DNA of 64,000 nucleotides from Escherichia coli (GTDB lineage Bacteria; Pseudomonadota; Gammaproteobacteria; Enterobacterales; Enterobacteriaceae): NCBI RefSeq assembly GCF_050920415.1, contig NZ_CP169309.1; one strand, 5' to 3'. Shown piece by piece: positions 45,192 to 55,665 of this stretch (position 1 is its first letter; each line of letters starts with the position of its first letter). The notes under the pieces were generated by a model. It saw only the letters and a program-made list of their open reading frames with translations, ran no database searches and was not told where the DNA came from. The position numbers and the translations under genes were made by a program.

Positions 45192-45197
45192 CCTGAA

Positions 45198-47747
45198 TTA
45201 GTTGACTGTTTTACAAGGCAAAATAATGGCACTTTCGTTGATGTTACTTTGGTTCGGGGGGGTAATTTCACAGGAGTTATTACCCCAAGTTAAATGTAGG
45301 GTACTGTTTTCTTGAATCCCGCTGAGATAAACAAAGCCATCTTCCGCCACCAGGCCCACATCTTTACCTGTCGATTTATCCGTGACATTCACCCCCAGTG
45401 GTGGGAAGCGCCCATTTTCTTGACGAATAACGCCGACGATTTGGTATCCGGTGGTGGCATTCAGTTTTGCGTAGCCGATGGCACCCTGGGTGAGCGTAGT
45501 ACGAATGACCGAGTTTTCGACATCGACACCTTCTGGCAGAACGTTATTATTCACCCGCAACATGGAGGTGGTGTAGTTCGATAATGAAGGTATCACGGCG
45601 ATGCCCAGCCCATTGGTAACAGTACGGTTAGAGTTGATTTCAACGCCAGGAATACCATCGGTATCGACCATCATGCGGGCGTTATCGCCGTAGCTATAAT
45701 CGTGAAGAGCGACACCATGACGCGTAGCTGTAATTGAACCGTACCAGCCTGCGGTAACAGAATTGTACTGATTCGGTTGCACACTACCGGTAAAGTTCAG
45801 ACGTCCCCACGGTGAATTGTGCTGATAGCTGCCACGCAGCGTTGGTTCGCCATCGCGAATATTATCGTCCGTTGCTGACGCCGAAATATTCCAGATATTG
45901 TTGCGGTCTGACGAGTCATACCAGGAAACCATTTGCGAAGTATTACTACCACCCGTGCGCTGCATGCTGTAGGAAAGGTTGCGACTTTGCTGTAACGGCA
46001 GAGAGAATGAGAAGTAATACTGATTTTCTTCGTCATCATCCCAGCGAATGCGACTCACTGCCAGCGATGCGGAAATGCCCTTGAAATCACCAATATCAAA
46101 GTTTTTGCTTACTGATATCGAGTAATTAGTATTGGCAGGGCTGTCCCAATAAGTATTGCGTGTAACGTTGACATAAGAGTTTAATTCCAGCGATTCAAAG
46201 TACTGGTTCAGGGAAATAACATAACTTTCTTTTTCGTTATCGATTGACTCATCACCATTACGTGAGTTGAGGTACTCATTCATTGACACGTAATCTTTAT
46301 CAGAGAAGCGATAACCCGCGAAGGTAATCTGGCTGCCCGTTGATTCGAAATGTTTTGCATAGTTAAACCGATAGCTGTAACCACGCAAATTGTCGCTATT
46401 TTGTTGCTGTAAAGAGGCATCAGCTCCGGTGACATCGAAAGAAAGCGAACCAAATTGATTGAGGTTAAAACCGATGCCAGTGGTGATCGCCTGGTAATCA
46501 TCTGCAGTGAACATGCCGCCGCCATAGAGCGACACATTATTCAGCCAGCCCCAGGAGGCTTCAGCCGTCCAGAAAAAGGGGTTATTAATATCGTTATGTC
46601 CGACTGATGTTGGTTTTCCCAGCGATGTTTTGTAGCGTACTTGCCCTTTACGGGTTAAATAGGGGATGGAAGCGGAACCGACCTGAAAGGTATTGGTACG
46701 GCCATCTTCTTCTTCAACAGTGACATCCAGTTGACCCTGAAACGATTGACCCAAATCAGTAATAGTAAAAGGGCCTGGCGCGACTGTGGTTTGATAAAGT
46801 ACACGACCATTTTGCGCTACTGTCACTTTGGCGTTGGTCTGCGCGATGCCGGTAATTTGTGGCGCATAACCCTGTAAATCTGGCGGCAACATGCTTTCAT
46901 CACTTTCCAGTGATGCGCCAGTAAAATGGAAGGTATCGTAAAGATTGGAACTCAGGTCGTATTGTCCCATGGTGAACTTAGATGACCATGAGGGAATAGG
47001 GCGAAAGAGATAAGTTCGCGCAAATTCACCGCTATGGCTGACGGAACGACCATCAGCAAAATTCTGATTATATTGGTAATCGCTACGTAAGCGCCATGCG
47101 CCGAGGTTAAAGCCTAACGTACCATAGGAGCTGACATTTTGGGTACTGTCTCCCTGCTGTGGAGAATACTGGCTAGCGTATATGTTGTAATCAAGGATAA
47201 ATCCGGCGATACCGTCATCCCAAAATTCGGGGGGCGTCCAGTTTGTTGCCTGGTATTTTAACCATGCTTGGGGAATGCTAAGCGATAATATCATTGTGGC
47301 TTTATCAAGCCGTATCGTTAATTCCTGACGTTGACTTAAATCTAAACATTCGCTGCCAGCTATGGTTTGCAATGATTCAATAAAGTCCGTATTAAGGCCG
47401 AAATTAGTCAGGTTTTCTTTGGTTAAGCAGAGTAACGAACCACTTTCATTATCGGCTTTTGCCCACTCCAGCATTAACGCTTGTGGTAACATGTTTTTGT
47501 TTATTTGCACACGAACGAGGTATTTTGCAGGGGTGATATAGCCTTTTTTTTCAAATCGCGAGAGATCAATGTTCGCACGATCTTCAACGTCAATCATATC
47601 AGCATTGAATTCTACGGCGCGGACTGGTAAAACGAAGAGTAGCGAAAACACAACACCAGACAGGGCATTTTTAATTGCGTAGGATAATTTATCCCCGGTA
47701 AACGTGTTTTTATTGTTCATAAAAATCCATTTCAAAAAAGACCCCAA
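45198..47747 (-). CDS. yqiG: outer membrane fimbrial usher YqiG (apparently intact)
   Basis: 849 aa uninterrupted ORF of usher size; from memory the K-12 copy is IS2-disrupted. Confidence 0.85.
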   Translation of the reverse strand: MGSFLKWIFMNNKNTFTGDKLSYAIKNALSGVVFSLLFVLPVRAVEFNADMIDVEDRANIDLSRFEKKGYITPAKYLVRVQINKNMLPQALMLEWAKADNESGSLLCLTKENLTNFGLNTDFIESLQTIAGSECLDLSQRQELTIRLDKATMILSLSIPQAWLKYQATNWTPPEFWDDGIAGFILDYNIYASQYSPQQGDSTQNVSSYGTLGFNLGAWRLRSDYQYNQNFADGRSVSHSGEFARTYLFRPIPSWSSKFTMGQYDLSSNLYDTFHFTGASLESDESMLPPDLQGYAPQITGIAQTNAKVTVAQNGRVLYQTTVAPGPFTITDLGQSFQGQLDVTVEEEDGRTNTFQVGSASIPYLTRKGQVRYKTSLGKPTSVGHNDINNPFFWTAEASWGWLNNVSLYGGGMFTADDYQAITTGIGFNLNQFGSLSFDVTGADASLQQQNSDNLRGYSYRFNYAKHFESTGSQITFAGYRFSDKDYVSMNEYLNSRNGDESIDNEKESYVISLNQYFESLELNSYVNVTRNTYWDSPANTNYSISVSKNFDIGDFKGISASLAVSRIRWDDDEENQYYFSFSLPLQQSRNLSYSMQRTGGSNTSQMVSWYDSSDRNNIWNISASATDDNIRDGEPTLRGSYQHNSPWGRLNFTGSVQPNQYNSVTAGWYGSITATRHGVALHDYSYGDNARMMVDTDGIPGVEINSNRTVTNGLGIAVIPSLSNYTTSMLRVNNNVLPEGVDVENSVIRTTLTQGAIGYAKLNATTGYQIVGVIRQENGRFPPLGVNVTDKSTGKDVGLVAEDGFVYLSGIQENSTLHLTWGNNSCEITPPNQSNINESAIILPCKTVN

Positions 47748-47806
47748 GGTGCTGATGAAATTTCATCAGTTTTACCGCCTGGTGTTGTGTAGGTATTAAT
47801 TGCCGA

Positions 47807-48370
47807 TTACTTGTAGTCGAGTACGTAATTAGCCTGTGCCTGCACATTACCCGGGGTCGCGGTGCGTCCCAGAGATTCCATACGGGCTTTAAAGTTCAAC
47901 TCCTGGTAGGAATTAGTTGTCGGGAAGTCGATGGTGATGGGGGTACCAAGAGTCACGTTGGTATTGTCTGATTTCACCAGACGTACTCCTACATCAGTTG
48001 CGCCGCCGATGTTACCTTCCTGTGTGTTTTTAAGCAGGTTGGAGTCGGTAGTGTCAACGCTGGCAGAGCTAAAGGTGATTTTGACTTTATCAACAGTGTT
48101 AGTGCCGTCAGATAAAATACAATCCTGCAAATGAATGGTGACATCTACAGGCAGAGATTTCTGTCCGCTTTTTAATACAGTATCAGCAACCTCACCGAGA
48201 TTTATTGTTTGATCTTCATCACCAGGAGCAATAGAGCAAGGTGCATCGATAACTTCACCCTTAAACGTTATTTTACCGGAACCCTGATTAGGGTCATCAG
48301 CAAGCGCGTTAAATGCAACGCCAGATAATAGTGTGGTTGCGAATATAGATAATAATGTTTTTTTTAACAT
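47807..48370 (-). CDS. ygiL: fimbrial major subunit-like protein YgiL
   Basis: 187 aa with signal peptide and C-terminal beta-strand (..ANYVLDYK) typical of pilins. Confidence 0.8.
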   Translation of the reverse strand: MLKKTLLSIFATTLLSGVAFNALADDPNQGSGKITFKGEVIDAPCSIAPGDEDQTINLGEVADTVLKSGQKSLPVDVTIHLQDCILSDGTNTVDKVKITFSSASVDTTDSNLLKNTQEGNIGGATDVGVRLVKSDNTNVTLGTPITIDFPTTNSYQELNFKARMESLGRTATPGNVQAQANYVLDYK

Positions 48371-48928
48371 GACTTAATCCTTTATAAATAGGAAGAGCTA
48401 TGGATGAGGAAAATATAGGTTTGAATCTAATATTAATTCCGCTATGGACATTACCATAATCAAAGATAATTTGGCTTGTTATTAATATTTAATACTGATT
48501 AAGTAAAACTTAAAATATACATTTTAGTTATATATTTTGATGCATATATCTAGATATTTGTTGAATTTCGTTATGTATGATACATTTTTTGTATGGGTCA
48601 CGGTGAAAGAATGACCACTTATTGACAAAAGTTTACTTCTGATATTGTAAGGTGGTAGAGTATAATTATTATAACGAGTAGGAACGTAATAATCACGAAG
48701 ATATAATATATATCTGGTGGTGCTTATTAATATTAATTAGTGATGTTCCATCCGGGAATAGGATGCATTAATAGTCTTGGTTGTTTCTTTTTTAATCGAG
48801 TATGGTGTATAATACAACACTTGCTATGATCGAAATCATATACTTGATCCACAATTATGCGAGTATATGAATATATTCAACGATGGATATGTGAAATTTT
48901 AATGCTAAATGTTTAGTAATGTTAAATT
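48371..48928. promoter_or_regulatory. ~560 bp strongly AT-rich upstream region of the fimbrial operon (probable nucleoid-protein-silenced promoter region)
   Basis: Long runs of A/T (tatatatt, ttaatattaatta); base composition contrasts sharply with flanking genes. Confidence 0.5.
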
Positions 48929-49114
48929 ATGAAGGTGAAAAGGATGTTTATTGCCTGGTACTGGATTGTATTAATTGTTCTACTAGCTGGTGGCTATTTT
49001 CTTCATCTTAAACGTTACTGTAAAGCTTTTCGTCATGACAGAGATGCGCTGTTAGCTGCTCAAAGTAAATTAGATAAACGCTTCGATAAAGACGTATTTG
49101 AAAAGCATCAATAA
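48929..49114 (+). CDS. hypothetical small membrane protein (61 aa, one predicted TM helix)
   Basis: ORF MKVKRMFIAWYWIVLIVLLAGGYFLHLKRYCKAFRHDRDALLAAQSKLDKRFDKDVFEKHQ with SD ggtgaaaaggATG; not recognised by me. Confidence 0.4.
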   Translation: MKVKRMFIAWYWIVLIVLLAGGYFLHLKRYCKAFRHDRDALLAAQSKLDKRFDKDVFEKHQ

Positions 49115-49175
49115 TACCTTTAATAACGATACAGATGTTGCCTTTAGCAATGGGCAACATCTGTCATAATCGTCT

Positions 49176-49949
49176 TTAACCAATTCCCGCCGTTTGTAAC
49201 AGCACTAAACTGAATCCCATCACTGACATTCCACATAGCACGCCATAGCTGGGGTTATTATTGGGGTCAATCTCTTTAGCTAGCGGCATTAATTCATCAA
49301 CCGAGAGCGCCACCATAATTCCTGCAACCGCCGCCATGATTGCCGCCATGACCACCGGAGAAATCATGCTACCGAGGATTAACCACGCCAGCACACCACC
49401 AAGAATTTCTGCCAGCCCAGAAATGCCCGCCCACAAAATTGCGGTGCGTTTTGACCCCGTTGCCGCGTAAACCGGCCCCGCAACTGCCAGACCTTCAGGA
49501 ATATTATGCAATGCAACAGCCAGCGCGATGCCAAAGCCCAGCTCCAGGTTACTGCTCGCCGTGACAAAGGTGGCAATGCCTTCCGGGAAGTTATGCAGAC
49601 TGATGCCGAGAGTGAGCAGAATGGCTGTGCGCTTGATCGATTTTGGCAACGGCTGCACCGATTTTTGCATTAAATCCTGCGGATGCGCATGTGGCAACAT
49701 GCGGTCCAGGCCAAAATAGCCAAGCAGACCGAAGATAAACATTCCATAACCCAGCACAGGCGACATTCCTTCGGCGGCTAATGCGGCAGGAAGCATTTCC
49801 ATTAATGAGATGAGCAACATAATCCCCGCCGCAAATCCTAGCGAAAACGCCAGTAAGCGGTTCGAGGGTTTTTGTCCGAGAACGCCGAGAAACGCGCCAA
49901 TAAACGTGGCTGCCCCCGCCAGTATGGTCAGAATGAGAGGTACTGACAT
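49176..49949 (-). CDS. zupT: zinc transporter ZupT (ZIP family)
   Basis: Start taken at [23 protein letters not shown] (257 aa); ORF track has a 14-codon upstream extension. Confidence 0.9.
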
Positions 49950-50064
49950 CGACAACTCCTTATAAATCTTTACCTTCAGGCAGATCGTCAAAATAACTGA
50001 TGATCATCATCATTGTTATCCGGGTTCTTACTCCGCCGAACAAGCGTATTGTGAGGATATCAAA

Positions 50065-50880
50065 ATGACACCTTTAGTTAAGGATATCATCATGTCTTCA
50101 ACACGTATGCCAGCATTGTTTTTAGGTCACGGTAGTCCGATGAACGTGCTGGAAGATAATTTGTATACCCGCAGCTGGCAGAAGTTGGGGATGACATTGC
50201 CACGCCCGCAAGCGATTGTGGTGGTTTCGGCTCACTGGTTTACCCGTGGAACAGGAGTGACCGCGATGGAGACGCCGCCCACGATTCATGATTTTGGCGG
50301 TTTTCCGCAGGCGCTGTACGACACCCATTATCCTGCTCCGGGTTCGCCTGCGCTGGCACAGCGTCTGGTTGAGCTGTTAGCGCCGGTCCCTGTGACGCTG
50401 GATAAAGAAGCCTGGGGCTTTGACCACGGTTCCTGGGGCGTGCTGATTAAGATGTATCCTGACGCCGATATCCCGATGGTGCAGTTGAGTATCGACAGTA
50501 CCAAACCTGCCGCCTGGCACTTTGAGATGGGGCGTAAACTGGCGGCTCTGCGAGACGAAGGAATAATGTTGGTCGCCAGCGGTAACGTGGTGCATAACCT
50601 GCGTACGGTGAAGTGGCACGGTGATAGTTCACCGTATCCTTGGGCGATGTCGTTTAATGAGTATGTGAAAGCGAATCTGACGTGGCAAGGGCCGGTAGAG
50701 CAGCATCCTCTGGTGAATTATCTCGACCATGAAGGTGGCGCGTTATCGAACCCAACGCCAGAGCACTATCTGCCGTTGTTGTATGTCTTAGGTGCGTGGG
50801 ATGGGCAGGAGCCAATTACCATTCCGGTCGATGGTATAGAAATGGGCAGTTTAAGTATGTTGTCGGTGCAGATAGGCTAA
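50065..50880 (+). CDS. ygiD: 4,5-DOPA dioxygenase extradiol-like protein YgiD
   Basis: 271 aa ORF; an alternative start at Met10 (50092) is possible. Confidence 0.85.
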   Translation: MTPLVKDIIMSSTRMPALFLGHGSPMNVLEDNLYTRSWQKLGMTLPRPQAIVVVSAHWFTRGTGVTAMETPPTIHDFGGFPQALYDTHYPAPGSPALAQRLVELLAPVPVTLDKEAWGFDHGSWGVLIKMYPDADIPMVQLSIDSTKPAAWHFEMGRKLAALRDEGIMLVASGNVVHNLRTVKWHGDSSPYPWAMSFNEYVKANLTWQGPVEQHPLVNYLDHEGGALSNPTPEHYLPLLYVLGAWDGQEPITIPVDGIEMGSLSMLSVQIG

Positions 50881-50917
50881 TAATTACCGGATGGCGAGTG
50901 CCATCCGGTATCATGGC

Positions 50918-52078
50918 TTATTCAACAAAAATATGTGGATAAAACCGAGACATATCCTGGGTGATCAATGCACGGTCTTCACGAATGCCAATTCCGGCAG
51001 GTTGATCGTTCACCAGCCAGCTACCAATCAGCATATAGCTGTCGCCGAATTTCGGTAACGGGTGGAATTGCTGAACAATCATCCCTTCTTCGCCATACGG
51101 ACCTTCCGCTGCTTCAATGGTTTTGCCGTTCTCAATGATCGACACGTTTGCGCCTTCACGGGAGAAGATCGGTTTAACCACATATTTTTCCATTTGCGGA
51201 TGATCATCTTCCGCAAAATAAGCGGGCAGCAGGTTCGGGTGATTCGGGAACATCTCCCACAGTAGCGGCAGAAGCGCTTTGTTGGAGATAATGCTCTTCC
51301 ACGCCGGTTCCAGCCAGCGTACGCCTGCATCCTCCAGCTTGGTGGAGAACATCTCACGCAGCATAAATTCCCACGGATACAGCTTGAACAGGTTAGAAAT
51401 CACCTGATCCTGTAAATCCGTGAACTGACCTTTTTCGCCTAAACCGATATCGTCGATGTAGAGGAATTCAGTAGCGATTTCAGCTTCTGTCGCGCAGTCC
51501 TGCAAATACTGAATGGTTCCGCGATCTTCCACCGTGTCGCGACAGCAGGTGAGATGCAGCAACTGGAAGCCATACTGTTCACGCAACTCGACAAAGCGAT
51601 CGATCAGCTTCTCTTGCAGACTGTTAAACTGGTCGCTGCCTTCCGGCAGGTTGCCCGCGTTAAGCTGATCTTCCAGCCAGATCCACTGAAAGAACGCCGC
51701 CTCGTATAGTGAGGTTGGCGTATCGGCGTTATTTTCCAGAAGTTTAGGTTCGCCAGTGCCATCCCACGCCAGATCGAGACGCGAATAAAGCGACGGCTGG
51801 TGAGTCAGCCATGACTGACGCACAAAACTCCAGGTGTGTTTTGGAATGCGGAATTTAGTCATCAGCTCATCGCTGGCGATCACTTTTTCCACCACTTTCA
51901 GGCACATCTGGTGCAGTTCGGCAGTGACTTCTTCCAGCTTTTCAACCTGGGCGAGGGTCAACTTGTAGTAAGCATCTTCACACCAGTACGGCTCTCCGTA
52001 CATGGTGTGAAAATTGAAACCGTATTCGTGGGCTTTTTCGCGCCAGTCCGGGCGCTCGGTAATACTGACTCTTTCCAT
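50918..52078 (-). CDS. ygiC: glutathionylspermidine synthase-like ATP-grasp protein YgiC
   Basis: 386 aa, recognised; downstream of ygiB in the tolC-ygiBC cluster. Confidence 0.88.
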
Positions 52079-52083
52079 CGGTA

Positions 52084-52755
52084 TCAGCCACCCATTGAAC
52101 GAGAAGAGGTGCCGGTTGCGCTACGCTGCATAGTGCTTTGTTTGGCAACAGATTCACCAAAACCGCCACGGGTAACAGTAGTGGTGGTCGCCGGTTTTGG
52201 TGCCATTGCCGTCTTCGGTACGGTCATGGTGCGGCCTGGCTGAGCTGCGCCATAGTTTTTACCGGTGGCATCAGTATATTTACCGTAAGCCGGGCTGGCT
52301 GGGTTTTTCGAGGAGAACAGCGGTTGTTGTGCAAAGCCCGCGCCGCCGCCCATCAGACGTCCCATCATGTAACCTGCCATCAGTGGCATCCAGAAACTTC
52401 CGCTGGATTGCTGGGCCTGCGCCTGATTTTCAGGTGCCATGCCAGCCTGGGCTGGTGCCTGCTGGCACTGACCTTCACCAAATTCGGCAACACAGTCTTC
52501 ACGTGTGGCGTATTTCGGCGCAGTACGTTCGGCTTCTTTCAGCGCATTGTTATACGCAGTGGTACATTCTGCGCTTTTGCCTGGGTTTGCGGCTGAGCAG
52601 TCATCAGCATTTTGATAGAGAGACACTGTTTCATCACTCTTTTCACAGCCTGCCAGCATAAAAACAGTGGCAACAGCAAGAGCGACAGGTGTCAGATGGC
52701 GTGCGCTCCAGTTTTTGCGGAACGATGCGTGGCGTATGGATTTTGTCCGTTTCAT
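52084..52755 (-). CDS. ygiB: DUF1190 lipoprotein YgiB
   Basis: Start taken at [37 protein letters not shown] (lipobox LAGC); ORF track has an 11-codon upstream extension. Confidence 0.85.
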
Positions 52756-52902
52756 TTTTGTCTTCCGGGACCAGTGGTAAATACCCATCAGAATAGAGGA
52801 TGGCTGGTCGAAATTGAAGCGGGAAGGGGGAAGAATGCGGCAGATAACCCGTATCTTTACGTTGCCTTACGTTCAGACGGGGCCGAAGCCCCGTCGTCAG
52901 CA

Positions 52903-54384
52903 TCAGTTACGGAAAGGGTTATGACCGTTACTGGTAGTCGTGCGTGCGGATGCTTGCTGAACGGCTGGGGCCGGGCTATCTGGTGCATAACCATCAGCAA
53001 TAGCATTTTGTTCTGGCGTTTGCGGCGCAACGTTTTCTGGATTAGTGGAAACCGGTTTGCTCAGCGCATTGTTCAGTGCCAGCAGATCCTGCTCGTTCAA
53101 CGTACCCAGAGCTGATTTAATATTCAACTGGTTAATCAGGTAGTTATAACGCGCATTCGCCAGCTCTTGCTTGGCGTTGTACAGCGTGGTGGTGGCATCC
53201 AGCACATCAACAATGGTACGCGTACCGACCGAGTAGCCCGCTTCCATCGCGTCTAATGAGCTTTGAGCGGAAACTACGGCTTGTTTGTAGGCGTTAATGC
53301 TGCTGATAGAAGCATTAATGTTGTTGAAGGAGGAACGCACGGTTTGCACGACGCTACGATGCGCGCTTTCCAGTTGTTCGCTGGCACCAACAAAGTTGTA
53401 CTGTGCCTGTTTCACCTGCGAGTTAACCATTCCGCCCTGATAAATCGGCAGCGAGAAGCTCAGGCCAACTTTGTTCTGTCCCATATTGCTATCGTCATAC
53501 TGGGTACCAGCGGCACCACGAGTTTTCGAACCGCTATATGAGGTGTCAGAAATCCCGGTAGAAGCCGTTAAATCCAGAGTCGGTAAGTGACCATCCTGCG
53601 CCTGGCGAATTTGCTCGCGCGCCAGGTCCTGACTCAAGCGTGCCTGTAACAGCGACAGGTTGCGTTTTTCGGCTTCTTTCAGCAGCGCGTTAACCGGCTG
53701 CGGTTTGTCGGTTTTAAAGTTTTCGACATTCAGCGCCGCCAGTTCCGGATAATAGTTACCGGTGATCTGGCGCAGCTGCTCTACCGCGTTATCGAGGTTA
53801 TTACGTGCGGTCACTTCGTTCGCCAGCACGGTATCGTACTGTGCGCGGGCGTTCTGCACGTCGGTGATCGCCACCAGGCCCACGTTAAAACGTTGAGTGG
53901 TTTGATCTAACTGACGGTAGATCGCTTCTTTTTGCGCCTGCGTATAGGAAAGAACATCAATGGCATTCAACACGTTGAAATAAGCAGTCGCGGTGTTGAG
54001 GATCAAGGTTTGTTGATCGGTCTGGTACGTGACGTCCTGAATACCCGCAGCTTTTTCCTGTAGCGTTAACGCACGCCATTTCGACATATCAAAAATGGAT
54101 TGAGTTAACTGCAGGGACGCACTGGTCGCGTTAGAGTTGATGCCGTTCGCGTCGCGGTAGCCGTTGCTATAGGTGTAATCTGCACCTAAACCTAGCTGTG
54201 GCAGTAATGGACTGCGTGCTTCATTAATTTTTTCAAAGGCAGCATCACGATCGGCGGCAGACTTACGCAATTCCGGGTTACTAAGGCGTGCTTGCTGATA
54301 AACTTGCATCAGGTTCTCGGCCTGGCTCAACGTACTGAACCCAGAAAGGCTCAGGCCGATAAGAATGGGGAGCAATTTCTTCAT
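52903..54384 (-). CDS. tolC: outer membrane efflux channel TolC
   Basis: 493 aa from MKKLLPILIGLSLSGFSTLSQAENLMQVYQQARLSNPELRK; ORF track has a 13-codon upstream extension. Confidence 0.97.
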   Translation of the reverse strand: MKKLLPILIGLSLSGFSTLSQAENLMQVYQQARLSNPELRKSAADRDAAFEKINEARSPLLPQLGLGADYTYSNGYRDANGINSNATSASLQLTQSIFDMSKWRALTLQEKAAGIQDVTYQTDQQTLILNTATAYFNVLNAIDVLSYTQAQKEAIYRQLDQTTQRFNVGLVAITDVQNARAQYDTVLANEVTARNNLDNAVEQLRQITGNYYPELAALNVENFKTDKPQPVNALLKEAEKRNLSLLQARLSQDLAREQIRQAQDGHLPTLDLTASTGISDTSYSGSKTRGAAGTQYDDSNMGQNKVGLSFSLPIYQGGMVNSQVKQAQYNFVGASEQLESAHRSVVQTVRSSFNNINASISSINAYKQAVVSAQSSLDAMEAGYSVGTRTIVDVLDATTTLYNAKQELANARYNYLINQLNIKSALGTLNEQDLLALNNALSKPVSTNPENVAPQTPEQNAIADGYAPDSPAPAVQQASARTTTSNGHNPFRN

Positions 54385-54457
54385 TTGCATTCCTTGTGGT
54401 GAAGCAGTATTTAGCGCGATCAAACTGTAAAATTATTGCGGATTCTAGCAGAAGCCG

Positions 54458-54487
54458 CTACCGCAAAAGGTTGGCGTTACGTGCCAT
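54458..54487 (-). promoter_or_regulatory. candidate mar/sox/rob box in the tolC promoter
   Basis: Minus-strand reading ATGGCACGTAACGCCAACCTTTTGCGGTAG resembles marbox consensus AYnGCACnnWnnRYYAAAYn; ~70-100 bp upstream of tolC. Confidence 0.5.
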
Positions 54488-54588
54488 AGGGCGTTAATGT
54501 GCCTCAATTTAACACATGACTGCTCAAACGGCAGTCAAACGTCGCTGAAATTCACATTTAATTCACTATTAGTGCCAGGACATTAACA

Positions 54589-55218
54589 ATGCTTAAGCCA
54601 GACAACCTGCCCGTTACTTTTGGCAAAAACGATGTTGAAATTATTGCACGAGAAACACTTTATCGCGGCTTTTTTTCATTAGATCTTTATAGATTTCGTC
54701 ATCGTCTATTCAACGGGCAAATGAGTCGTGAGGTACGGCGGGAAATTTTTGAGCGCGGTCACGCCGCAGTCTTGCTACCCTTTGACCCAGTGCGCGATGA
54801 AGTTGTGCTGATTGAGCAGATTCGGATTGCCGCGTATGACACCAGCGAAACCCCCTGGCTACTGGAGATGGTGGCCGGGATGATTGAAGAGGGTGAAAGT
54901 GTGGAAGATGTCGCCCGTCGCGAAGCGATTGAAGAGGCGGGACTGATAGTCAAACGGACCAAACCGGTGTTAAGTTTCCTGGCAAGCCCTGGGGGCACCA
55001 GTGAGCGTTCGTCAATTATGGTGGGCGAAGTGGACGCCACGACCGCAAGCGGTATTCACGGTCTGGCTGATGAAAACGAAGATATTCGCGTTCATGTGGT
55101 AAGCCGGGAACAGGCATACCAATGGGTAGAAGAGGGGAAAATCGACAACGCAGCGTCGGTCATCGCTTTGCAATGGCTGCAGCTGCATCATCAAGCGTTA
55201 AAAAATGAGTGGGCATAA
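54589..55218 (+). CDS. nudF: ADP-ribose pyrophosphatase NudF (Nudix)
   Basis: 209 aa with Nudix box ..[22 protein letters not shown].. Confidence 0.93.
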
Positions 55219-55641
55219 ATGAAGCGTTACACACCTGACTTTCCTGAAATGATGCGCCTGTGCGAGATGAACTTTTCACAATTGCGGCGTTTGTTACCAC
55301 GCAATGACGCACCCGGCGAAACTGTAAGCTATCAGGTGGCAAACGCACAATATCGGCTAACGATTGTGGAATCGACCCGATACACTACCCTGGTGACAAT
55401 CGAACAGACTGCGCCCGCGATCAGTTACTGGAGCCTTCCGTCAATGACGGTGCGTCTGTATCATGACGCGATGGTGGCTGAAGTGTGTTCAAGTCAGCAG
55501 ATTTTTCGCTTCAAAGCGCGGTATGATTATCCTAATAAAAAGTTGCATCAACGCGACGAAAAGCATCAAATTAACCAGTTTTTAGCGGACTGGTTGCGAT
55601 ACTGTTTAGCACATGGAGCGATGGCGATTCCGGTTTATTAG
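55219..55641 (+). CDS. yqiB: DUF1249 protein YqiB
   Basis: 140 aa, start overlaps nudF stop (TAAATG). Confidence 0.85.
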
Positions 55642-55665
55642 CGTCGTGAAACCTAAGGACACCAT

